Below, piece by piece: positions 53,570 through 64,000 of a DNA stretch of 64,000 nucleotides. Position 1 is the first letter of the stretch, and the number at the start of each line of letters is the position of its first letter. Source of the DNA: Cycas panzhihuaensis (lineage: Eukaryota; Plantae; Cycadophyta); contig CM041465.1 of assembly GCA_023213395.1 (NCBI GenBank), forward strand, positions 87,489,741 to 87,553,740, in the 5' to 3' direction. A program made the translations under genes and the position numbers. The notes under the pieces are model-generated. The model saw only the letters and a program-made list of their open reading frames with translations. It was not told the DNA's origin and did no database searches.

Positions 53570-56370
53570 GGGGTATCATTTCTTGGTTAGCGTGACCCCT
53601 CCCCAGGAGACCACATACCTCCTAGGCTCCTTTGTCACCACTATGAGCTCACTGCCTTGCTCCCCTCGTCTTGGGGCCTCTTCGAGGTCATCGTCGTCAT
53701 ATGAGTTTGAGTTCTGCTCCATGACAACCTCGCAACCGTCTAGTCTACCAATTGATCGTATCATGTCTGGATATGATCCTTCTCTCCCTCCATTCCTCAG
53801 AGCTTCTCCTCTAGCACGGCTATCCTAATATAACTCTATACATTGTTGCCCACTACTCCTCCTTCTTGGGTCTCTAATACCTGGACCTGGCCTTGTAAAG
53901 TGTCTCTCTCTCCACGACTGCCTAGTCCCTCTCTGCATGGATCCTGTCCATCTCCCCCTGTAGTTGTCCTACCCTTATTTGGTGCTATTGGGACTCCACT
54001 ACCCATATATCCATGGCCCTAATCGGTGGAGTGAATATCATTATATGTGTCCCCGCTGATCGAGGCTCCTCTCTAGCATGGATGGGAGGTTACCCCTCCA
54101 TGTAGACCAAGGAATACCTCATGGACTATCACCTCCTCCAATCTTGCCATCTTTCTTTGCTCCGCCAAATCACACACCATATGTTAGTCTATGCATCCAT
54201 ATATCAAAACTCAAAACTAAATTAAAACAAGCTATCTAAGTGCCTAGTGGTTGAAAGATGTTAGGAAAATAGAGTGTCTCACCTTACGGGATGGCCAACT
54301 CCTTGGCCTTGAGATGACCACCTCCTCCATGGGACCTTCCTCGGCTAATGGTACCTCCTCCTCGGCCTTGGGTACCACCTCGCCTACCTCCGGCCCGACG
54401 AGGCGTCTCCTCCTCCCTCTATCGTTATCGCCACTAGAGCTCTGCCTACCACCCGCAATCTCGGTGCTGGTGTGCGGGGTGGTCTATCACCTCCTACAAC
54501 CCCTAAGGGACCTGCCTCTCCTCCTCTGTAGCTCCTGATGGACTTACCACTTCTGATGGGCTTGCCCCATCACTGCCATCATCGTCACCTCCATCTCCAA
54601 GACTACCACCTAACCCTCCTACCTCGTCATCGCTATCCCAACGCACTCCTCTATATAGATATGTTATGTAGTCTGCCAGAGTGAGGAGGTCTAGCGATGT
54701 TGCCCCCATCGATTGCCTAATATGTGTTGAGAAGATAAGGTCCTAAACCTTAAACCGCCACCAAGATCTAAACTATTCTTGCAACTAGTTATAGGAATCG
54801 AAACTAAAATTTAACATGTAAGTTCTTAAACCAGAGATAAAACAATAAAATAAACAAGAAAGCCAAGCATCATATATACACCCGATATAGCATTGGTAAA
54901 ATCCTAGCGGTGTCTTGAGGAAATATCCACACAGGAAAGGTATTGATCTTTATTATCAAAGAATGGAGAAAATGTATATAATCTGTAATAGAGTACTCAC
55001 AACAACAACAACTAGCCACCCAACTCCTCATAGTACATTTAATACTTTCAACATGATGAAAAATACCCTAAATCAGGCTACATAAGAGAGTCATATAAGG
55101 CATAAATCTCAATCATAGAATCTAGGGTGTTTTGAGTGAACGACTATAATTCTTTTTACAATTTAATATACTTTCCAGTATTAGACTTTTGGGTTGGGGG
55201 TTATCACCTCTGAACCCCCTCTTTAATGAAGTTCCATGCCTCCCATATCCCCTTGATTAAGAGGGTCTCCTGCCCTCCTTAGAACCCCCGAGATAGGTTT
55301 GGGGGGGAGACTGTGCTACCAACCTGTTAAAATTTTAGCCTTCGAACCATTGCTATCACATTACCTAATAATATATACCTGGTCCTCAGTCCCCACAGTG
55401 AGTCACATCACTGTGCACCATGGGGGCCGTCTTTGAGATAGGGTGAGGTCCTCCTGGTGGTGCTAATGCCCCAAAATGATTGGAAAACCAAGACTCTGAT
55501 AAAGTACAATAAGAAACTCCTCCTCTCCACCGCCACCACGATAGCATTATGTTGTGAGACCATGCTTGGCCATTATCAAGGTGGCCCAATCCAATCTCTT
55601 CTCGGCCTCACACCTCCTAACCGTGCCCATCCATCCGCTAGGTATGTCCTTGTAATTTTGTTTCCAGGCAATTTGAAACAAAATGTCCAATGTAATAAGT
55701 TTCTTCATTTGAGGAATTTATGACATCACCATCATTTGGAATGATATCCCTCGCCAGTCCCACCTGCCCTTGCCAATGAAGTATGCGGCTGCCTCCGTGT
55801 ATGTAACATCCATACTAGGTAGTGTCCCTAATAATGCTAACGCTCCTCCTGCCAGTACTCCTAGGATACTCCTGATGTCTCCTAGTATTATAGTGATGTC
55901 TCCCACCTAGGGAAGGTGGAAGACATACCACATGTGATCCCAATAGGAGACTATATCCACCAAGAGGCGTTGATCCAACACATACTATGGGGTCCTAATG
56001 ATCTTCAATAACCCACATCGCCCCAATGTCTATCTATCTCCTCATGATATCATCTCTATGAAGCTCATCATGGCGACTCCTATGTTCTCGCGATTGTCCA
56101 CTGTGATAACTACCTACAAAAAACCACCCAAGAGTCAGTCAAAACACTCCATGCAATGCTTAGTTGCTCTCTAGTTGCCTCATGCCCTTTCGAGCTAAGT
56201 TTAGCACCTCCATGGGCTCTCTTTCTTCTTTTTCTCCTTATGTTCCTTTGCCCCATGTCAAACTCTGCGATATCGCGGAGTTTGACACATGACCTGCTGA
56301 GATTTTAGCATCACCTCAGCGGCCCCGCAACAAACTCTACGACACCATGATCTTTGCCACATGGCCCTTC
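53570..56370 (-). pseudogene. Antisense PMD/coiled-coil gene of copy B, split by a solo LTR
   Basis: LLVDIVSYWDHM..VFHLP*VGDITIILGDIRSILGVL (~55855-55965); intron donor GTGAG at 54282; colinear with 39700-41870. Confidence 0.78.
54725..55370 (-). mobile_element. Solo LTR, same family as 9615-10251, inverted
   Basis: TGTTGAGAAG...TTACCTAATA; imperfect TSD ATATG (54720-54724) / ATATA (55371-55375). Confidence 0.88.
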
Positions 56371-56599
56371 CTAACCCTCGTAAAAAAAGGGGGGATGCCC
56401 CAAAAATCTAAATTTTTGGTCTAAGTGGGCCAAAGCCAAGCCCAGTGGGACCATGGCTACCTAATACCCTGGTCCTCCCCCTCTTTTGGCCCAAACTGAG
56501 CTCTAGAGGGTGCCAAATCACCCTTAAAGGGCCAAAAACTAGTTCTAAAAGTATAAAAAGCCATTAATTTCAATTGGTGAAATGGAAAGGGTAGGGAGC

Positions 56600-59117
56600 T
56601 GAAACGCTCTCCGCGGGAATGCGATCCTACGCCTAGCAAAGAGATACAAAACACAACCTGACTAGGCTAGAGCAGTGAGGATCTCACCTCATGGTCGTCT
56701 GTCTTGTGCGGCACGGAGCTGGGGCGCAAGGTGCCCGGTTGCTTCCTGGCAGGTGCGAGACGAGGCCTTCCTACCCTTGGGATGGCCGGAAGGAAAAGGA
56801 AACCTCGCGTTGCGGCTTCTCGAGGTAATGAGAAGGCAACGAGAGGGCAACAAACTCAACATGCAGCGCGTGAAGTAAGGCATGGGTTGGGAAATACAAC
56901 GTAAATGGGTCTTCTGTCTCTACGTAATGCAATGTAAAAGAAACGGTACAGAAAAGTAAACGTAAAATAAAAGACTATTTCCCTTTTTCTTTTACCTATT
57001 AAGCATGTATAAAAGGCAAGAACGATAAAAAGGAAAAAAACAAAGGAAACGCGAGGAATACCTGAATCCGTGGTTGAGGATGAAGTGCGGATCCTCTCTC
57101 TCGGTTGCGCTCCTTTCCTCTCTCCTCCACGCATGCAACGTCGGTTGGAGGCGACGAAGGGGGTTTACTTACCTCCCCTAAGGCATGCAAAGACTGAATA
57201 AAACGAAAGGACGAAAAGCAAAGCTCGAAACGAAAGGAAGAAGAGATATCGCGAGTAAGCCGACCAGCAGGTTGATCTCGTGCACCACTCCCTCTGACGT
57301 GATCCTGCAAACAAACAGAGAGAATGCCTTCCTCTCGGGGGAGAGGCTACGAAGCACAACAAGATATATGTGTATATACTGAGACGAAATCAACTAAACT
57401 AAAGAAACCAAGTTACGCACCAACACGTAACCAAAAATGAAACAACACTGCGCGGTAAGCATACAAACTGTCAAGCACCACAAAATGTACTATATGGGAC
57501 TGAGTGTAGCCTCGGGATGGCTAACTCACGCACGAGTGGTCTCCACGGGGTCCGGGAAGGTAGTGCTAGCAGGCAACGAGATGAGACAGGTAGTAACAGG
57601 TTGCCTACGCCAAAGGAAAAGAACTCAAACCGACCCTCTTAGGCTTCCCTAACCCCGTTTCCTAAGAAAGAGCGGGTGATAAAGGGAGAGAGAGGACAAG
57701 GGACGGAACCCTTGGGGAGAAGGATGGCAATGGGGGACGGAACCCCGCCTATCTCCCTCTAATCCTCGTGAAACCCTTTATACCGACTAGCTTAGAAAAT
57801 GGTGAAAGAGAAAGCTAGAAAGGGAAGGACGAGTCTCAAGGAAATGCAAAGCAATGTAACCAATCTAAGGGCGGCTATAGTAAGTCACCACTAGCCAAGA
57901 TTACTTGCATCCAATGACAAAAGAAGATCCCAAAGCAAGTATATGCCAAAGAGAGGAAGGAAATTGCAAATAGAACAACAAAAAGCAAGGAAAAATGCAC
58001 CAACAAGAGACAAGAAATACCTTGAATGAAGGAGAGCATGCATGCATGCACCTTGGCTACTTGGAGCAAAGAAGACAAGCAATGTCTAAAATTTTTTTTG
58101 GTTTCCTTTGCAAGAAGATGGAAGGGGAAAGCTCCGTGCAAGATGGGAGCTAGAAGTTGTCCTTTGGAGTAGTCTTTCTTGTGAAGAAATGCTTTAGATC
58201 TTTGAGCATTCGTAAGAGAAGGTGAAGCTTGTGATGGAGAGACGTAGGGGGCAGCAATGGCCCTGCAACTCCAGCTGGTAGTAGCCCACTTCACCTCTGT
58301 CCCACTGCTGTAAAAGAAGTTCCTCTTTCAATGTGTCTTTTCTTGTCTTTTTCTTGAAGAGTTGCTCTAGAAAGCTTGAAAATTGAAGTGAAGAATGAGG
58401 CAAATGAGTAGGAAAAAGGGTTTTATGCCTTGGGCACAGCAAGTGAACGTTGGGGGCCTTGGGGCGCCTCGATCGTCGAGCCACGCCAGCTCACGAAAAA
58501 CGCGGCCACTGTCGCGTGGCTTCTTTTTTTAAAATTTTAAACAGTCGTACCGCGGCAAACTTCGCGGTACCGCTGCAAACTCCATGCATCGCTTAGTTTA
58601 CCGTACTGCATCAAAACTCAGAAAAAAGAAAAAAAAGAAGAAAAATACATTATAAAAGTCATAAACATCAGTTTTTAGGGTAAAAGCAGGGGCTAAGACT
58701 GAAATACATCAACTGGGGGAAGGTCTAGGCCATGGGCAAGTACTCAAAATGATGCAAAGAGTCCTAACTAAGGATTAAATCGAACTTAGAAAGGGTTTGC
58801 AACATAAGTGGCACGTGGCAATAAGGACAAACGAGCTGGCAAGAGCATCCTGAGAGACCATGGAGACATCGTGAGTGGCTGTACGCCATACGGGGTGTCG
58901 CATCCGCTTATGGATGCCCCCGCTGTGAGTCGTCATAGGCTAAAGGGTGTCGTTAGGCACATGCATTATGAACAGGCAATCAAACAATGCATATAGGCAG
59001 TATATGTCAATCAAATTACTCCAAATTACCTTAGCAATCATAAGTAAGAAAAGTGAAAACATATACCTGAACAAACACGGTCGACGCATCCCGAGTCCAT
59101 TCCCACTCACTGGAACA
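56600..59117 (-). repeat. 3' LTR of copy D (~2.5 kb)
   Basis: Right end GTCCATTCCCACTCACTGGAACA matches the end of the A LTRs. Left end TGAAACGC is inferred from loss of B/A homology. Confidence 0.75.
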
Positions 59118-59469
59118 TCGCCTGGCAGAGCCTCACCGCCTAAGCGCAATGTGATGGCGAATGCTGACAATCAAGAAACATGAGTAGCACATGCATATAT
59201 ATAAAGAAAAGCAATAAAGAGCAGCACGTGATCCAAGGGCGTAGGCAAGTGTCGTGGCAGCGCTGGACAAGGGAGACAGAGACGAGGACAACGTAGGGTC
59301 GCCACGTCGTCTAGGCATCGACCTGCGACTGGAATAAACAAGTGAAAGGGGATGCCCCCGTTGCCGAAGTGCAACATGAAGTGAGAGGCATCCAACAAAG
59401 CAAAACAAGTACAGCTGACTGACAACAACCGGAAACTTGGGCACGGGCTGGCCAGGCAAGTCTCAGGGG

Positions 59470-59860
59470 CGATCATCAAGGAGAGGAAGGCGACGCTCAA
59501 GGATGAGGCAGACGAGGCAGCCTCGACGATGAGGTGCCTTGGGATATCTTGAATATCTGGCGATGAGAAACGAGCCAAGGGACTGGCCAGACGCGAGGTT
59601 CTCGGTGAGGGCACCGCACTGCAAACCCAGGTGAGATGGGACACCACGACCTGAGAATCGCAAAACAACACAATGGAACCGCGAAAGCGAAGAGCATCGC
59701 AGAGGGCCTCAATAGCGGTAGTGTACTCGGCCGTTATTGGTGGCCTCAGAAGAAAGACCGAGCGCAGTAGTCGTGGTCCTGAGGGGCTACTGAGAATCCA
59801 TGCAGCATGAGGGTCCGGGTTGCCGCGACTTACGCCATCGGTGAAAATAAGGAGAGACAT
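59470..59860 (-). pseudogene. Stand-alone archaeal-type RNase H (aRH) of copy D; may be intact in vivo
   Basis: IFTDGVSRGNP..AAWIL..PSG; EATNN/AEY (across a small indel); IEALCDA; IVLFCDSQVVVS; IQDIPRHL. These correspond to the D/E/D catalytic motifs of RNase HI (RVT_3-like). ORF track entry 59171-59860. Confidence 0.85.
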
Positions 59861-60379
59861 GACCGGATGTTGAGCTTTGGCAATAAAACACCAATAGTAA
59901 TAAAAGCAACACGAGACTCGAATAACAAACGCGAATCGAGCCGTGAAGTGGAGTAGGACCTAGCAATGAGGCTACCCGAGAACGAGAGCAAGTCATCAGG
60001 GCACTGACTGGGAGTGAGCGGAAGACGGGCGCCCCGGAGTCCCCAAAAGGCGCCGGAAGCAAAACATGCCCCCGGACGGGGGGAGCATTTCCTTTGGGGG
60101 CCCCGGGAGCGAAAAAGGGTCAGAAATGAGTCCAGAACGGCGAAACGAGCCAAACGAGTATAAACTCGGGCACGCACGGGAGCAACGCGCAAAACGATGC
60201 AAAACGGGCCCTCCAAAAAGCACAAACATGAAGCGCCATAAATGCCTTCGCAAGGGGAAGCAAGAAGGGCGTCCATGGGGCACAATGGGCGACAGGGCCG
60301 AAGGGGAAAGTGACCGGTGACGAGACGGTCCCAATGACCGCCACGGTTAAAAGAAGAAGTGCCCACCGGGGCCCCCGCC

Positions 60380-60417
60380 TATATAAGGAAAATCAATGAA
60401 AACCGGATTCATTTTCA
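60380..60417. promoter_or_regulatory. Internal TATA box plus inverted repeat of copy D
   Basis: CCTATATAAGG then TGAAAA-CCGGATTCA-TTTTCA; homologous to 39256-39295. Confidence 0.55.
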
Positions 60418-60799
60418 CCGACTCTCGCATTTAAACTAGAGCCTTTTCCTTACGACGGAGCGCCACCCGATTTCGTGAGGCACGCCGAGGACGATCCGAC
60501 CGTCGGATTCGGCGAGGGGACAACACACGATCCCGGAGACGCTATGGCGACCGTCAGACCGGACCCAGTGAGTGGATCCAACGATACCCTAGTCGTTTCA
60601 AAGCTCAAAGTTTATTGCTCTTTAAATTAATTTTAATGCATTTTGCGCCCCTCATGGGCGATTAGAGGCCTCTCGGAGTCCAAGCGGACCGGGAAAGAGG
60701 CGGGGACAGGCATTAACGACCACGGTCCCTGGCCCCACGGGGGGGGGACCACCACAAAAATTTGATTTTCTGGGCCAAAAACCCTCTTTTCAGAGGGGT

Positions 60800-62830
60800 C
60801 ATCTGCAAGAATTGGGATCACGCGATCTTGGGCTGCGGATCATGCAGAACAATCATGAAGGGCACCATGACTGCCGCTAAGTTTAGGAAGCTAAAATGAC
60901 TAATAAAATAAAGGACGGGGGCCCCCAAAAGGCTCCCAAACTCAGAAAAAACAACTGGGAGACAGCTAGGAGCCTAGGTGACCGCTAGGAGACTAACTTC
61001 TGATTTTCACCGGTCATTCTGCCATCATGGATAATCATGAGAATGTCGGCATGCCCATCTTGAGTTGGATGGAGATGTCGACCGAGGAGGATAGGCGATC
61101 CTGAAGAGATGCCTGTCTAAGGCCACGAAGACCCCGGTTCGCAGACGGATCGAGACTCCTAGTGGACATAGTGTCGCCTTGGGACGAGGAGGCACGTATT
61201 CCACTTACCGCAGACGGAGACGTCACCATTACTCCGAGGACGCCGACGGATCCACAGGAGTGCCGGCGGCCGGGAGACCCGTGGTGAGGCCGCTTTAGAC
61301 CGAGGCGGACACACGGAGGCGGCTCGGTTCCTCACGGGGAACCGGATGGCGTGAGGGGAGCTCCCCTCCGCAGTCCCTTCGGGGATTCCTGCGAGGAAAC
61401 TTATTTTACTATGCATTCATTCCGGATCTCCGGAAAATGTAACTACAGAGAGATCCCGGAGGATGGGTGGGCCAAAGACGGGTGTGAGGCCGAGAGGATG
61501 GATCGGGCGACTCTGGTTGCGGCGAACCTCGCCGCTCAACTAGATGCTATCGTGAGGTCGCGGAGGAGGACTCTCATACAAAGACGCTGTTGCGGTCGGG
61601 TTTTTGATCATTTCATGCGGTGGCACCAGTAGGGGACCGCTCCCCATATCGAGGTGGGCCCCGATGGTCCACTGTGTGGCGACGAGGTTCAGAGGGACAG
61701 AGGACCGCCTCATGTCCGCTTGGTTTGCCGACGACATCACTCGACCTCCTCACGGCGGACTACGTGGCAAATCCATACACAGGCGTGAGGTGGGCGGCGA
61801 TGACCCAGCCAGAGGAGGAGGAGCACCCATCGAGGACGGTGGACGACGGGATGATGACGGCGATGATGGGAGAGATGGGGCGAGCCCACCACGTCACCGG
61901 GGACGTAGCAGACCATCCTGAGTCAGCCGCAGAGGGGCAGTCCATCGAGAGTCATGGAGACGAGCAGGCAACAGGGACCAAGGCTGTGCTCCGGATCGTG
62001 AGGAGCTCCGAGGGGCGAGGGTCGAACAGGGCCCCTCGCTAGAGATGAGGCAGAGGCGGAGGACGTGCTCGAGGATGAGGCCCCAGTGGCGGGAGCCAGG
62101 AGAGGAGGATGTCGCCCGGCGGAGGGACCGTGGCCACAGCAGTGAGACCTAACCGCTTCCTTAGTCGTTTGACATCTGACAGCAGCTTTGATTTCGCTTT
62201 TCTTATACGCAAGATCGAGGGTACACACCGACACATGGCATGTTGCATCGCGGTGTGTAGCCCGGAGGTACAGAGGCTAGTCGAGGTCATGCGGTGAGAG
62301 AGTTGTTCCCTCAGTTCACGCAGAGGGCAACCGCCCATCCAGTAAGATGCGCCAGATCGATAGGAGCCTATATGCAGCGTTCGCCCACCGGTGAGAGTAC
62401 GAGACATCCAGGTTGCAGAGACCCGGAGCACATGGCATTCGGCAACAAGCAATGAGAGCTCGACGCGACTGTGGGCGGCGAGATGAGCTACGCGACGAGC
62501 CGAGCGGCCGTGAGGGGACACAGGATCAAGACTCGCCTCGGCCCTAGGGGAGCGCCTTAAGGCGCCGGAGGATAGGGCGAGAGTCGTCGAGGAGGGACTC
62601 GAGGCGAGAGGGACCGTGATCCAGTCCGCTACGACCACCGGTGGTGGCACAGATGGTCTCGAGGTCGGCCGGCCGACACACACACACACACGGCCACGAC
62701 CCGAGACGGCCTGGACGAGGAGAGCGAGGCAGCCATGAGGCCCAGGAGGAGCCTCGCAGGATGTGGTCCCCTGTAGGGATCACACGCACTGTGACCAACC
62801 CGGGATCGTGATGCCAGCAGTGAGTGGGTA
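60800..62830 (+). pseudogene. Antisense PMD/coiled-coil gene of copy D
   Basis: RLLVDIVSPWDEEAR...LP..GDVTIT (~61152-61233); putative intron GTGAG 62142..TAG 62260; colinear with copy A. Confidence 0.75.
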
Positions 62831-63531
62831 TGCACATGTATAGATTTTGACGGAAAGCGCGGGCCTGTGGGGTCATATGTAGGCTCACATGATTGTACCC
62901 CCCCTGCAAGGATCCCAGCTTCCCACATACACGATGTACTATGACATTTTTGATATATATACACATGGGGCGATTGGAACCCCACTTTTGACATGAAATG
63001 GCGTGTATCATGTATGGTAGAGGTAGCATGTATAGTTTATTTTGTGAATGAATGATTCTTGTATGTTTGCAAATGTAAATATGAAAATATGCAAGTATGT
63101 GAATGTGTAAATGTATATGTTTTGTTGTAGATACTTGTTGTAAATATATTGTTGTAATATGCATGTGTTTCCTTCCATGTATGGCCATATGTCTAACAGG
63201 AGCACACACATCCACCGTAAGCAGAGGTGATCGAGAGGTGTGAGGTTAGAAGATAGGGCGACATGCACGTCCACAGGGGAGCATAGCGGAATATGCGAAG
63301 GAAACGACAAGCACGGAAGGAGGAGTAACGATACTCCAGCGTCGTCCTAGTTGGGGAATGCCCAAGTAGGAGGACAAAGGTTCCCAAGAGCGCACGGGAA
63401 CGCGGGTTCCGCGGGAGGAACTGGAAGAAGAAACAAGGATCCATCTTAAATTGCCATTCAACCCGTGGTTGGGAGGAATGGGAACAATTTAGAATGGTAG
63501 TTTAGGCTCGTTTCGGAGCACGGTGAGGAAA

Positions 63532-64000
63532 TCACGCGTAGAACTTCTTGAGGAATTTCCCATTGACCGCTTTTTCAAACTCCAGGCCGTCCAAGGTGGC
63601 GATCCTATATGCGCCGTTGCCGAGGCTGTCGAGAACGACGAAGGGACCTACCCACTTGGGCCCGAATTTGGCCAAGCGATCGTAGAGATATTCCAATTTG
63701 AGGACATGGTCCCCAGGACACAAAGGACGAGTACGGAGGCGTTTATCGTATGTCCTTTGAAGACGGGCTTTCGAGGCAAGGTTCGCCTGGTAAGCCGCTA
63801 AGCGCTTCTCATCCAGGGCTTCGAGGTCGAGGAGGCGAGCCTGGCGAATAGACTCCTCATCGATGAGGCCTCGAAGGGAAACCCGAAGAGAAGGAATCTC
63901 CACTTCCAGCGGAGTATCGCCGCCCGCATACACTAACGAGAATGGGGTCATCCCTGAGTCGTCCTGATAGAGGTGCCAGAAGCCATTGGCTGGGAGCCGG
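63532..64000 (-). CDS. Integrase C-terminus of copy D (GPY/F module), partial
   Basis: MTPFSLVY....PLEVEIPSLRV...KFGPKWVGPFVV...GAYRIATLDG...VNGKFLKKFYA*; no chromodomain. Confidence 0.9.
   Translation of the reverse strand, partial: RLPANGFWHLYQDDSGMTPFSLVYAGGDTPLEVEIPSLRVSLRGLIDEESIRQARLLDLEALDEKRLAAYQANLASKARLQRTYDKRLRTRPLCPGDHVLKLEYLYDRLAKFGPKWVGPFVVLDSLGNGAYRIATLDGLEFEKAVNGKFLKKFYA

Larger units (their letters stand above)
42655..56599 (+). mobile_element. Tat-type copy B, nearly complete, inserted in copy A; interrupted by a solo LTR and by copy D
   Basis: 5' LTR, PBS, gag-PR-RT-RH-IN, then antisense PMD gene. Candidate left TSD GAAGG (42650-42654); its partner would lie outside the window. 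Confidence 0.92.
56600..64000 (-). mobile_element. Tat-type copy D (young, CpG-rich), 3' part, inserted in copy B; continues beyond the window end
   Basis: Integrase C-terminus, antisense PMD gene, aRH and 3' LTR in the same order as copy A. Homology of B to A stops at 56599. Confidence 0.88.

Noticed and set aside
56675-63461. Many overlapping 60-220 aa ORFs in copy D
   Set aside because: By-product of high GC and little deamination; only aRH, PMD and integrase have homologues in the other copies.

Overview
Plant nuclear DNA from a repeat-rich genome, almost entirely decayed retrotransposons; the TE types suggest a gymnosperm or other large-genome vascular plant (inference). No intact host CDS is visible, and most ORF-track entries are fragments or spurious. 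The main component is four copies (A-D) of one Ty3/Gypsy Tat-type family with 2.5-3.2 kb LTRs and a tRNA-Arg-type PBS. Its 3' region holds a divergent two-gene cassette: an antisense, intron-containing plant-mobile-domain (PMD) plus coiled-coil gene, and a stand-alone sense archaeal-type RNase H (aRH) just before the PPT. A conserved TATA and inverted repeat lie between the two genes. The copies are nested: Copia <- A <- B <- D. Element A split a Copia gag with an ATACC target-site duplication, but the two halves are in permuted order (3' half at 7-11 kb, 5' half at 34 kb). That implies a large tandem duplication, a circular rearrangement or a mis-assembly. Also present: two solo LTRs of one ~640 bp family, an L1-type LINE, a decayed intron-less XBAT33-like retrocopy, and a CpG-retaining unique region at 11-13.6 kb that looks like the 5' end of a host gene. 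Coordinates and domain calls come from manual reading and translation; no database searches were run.
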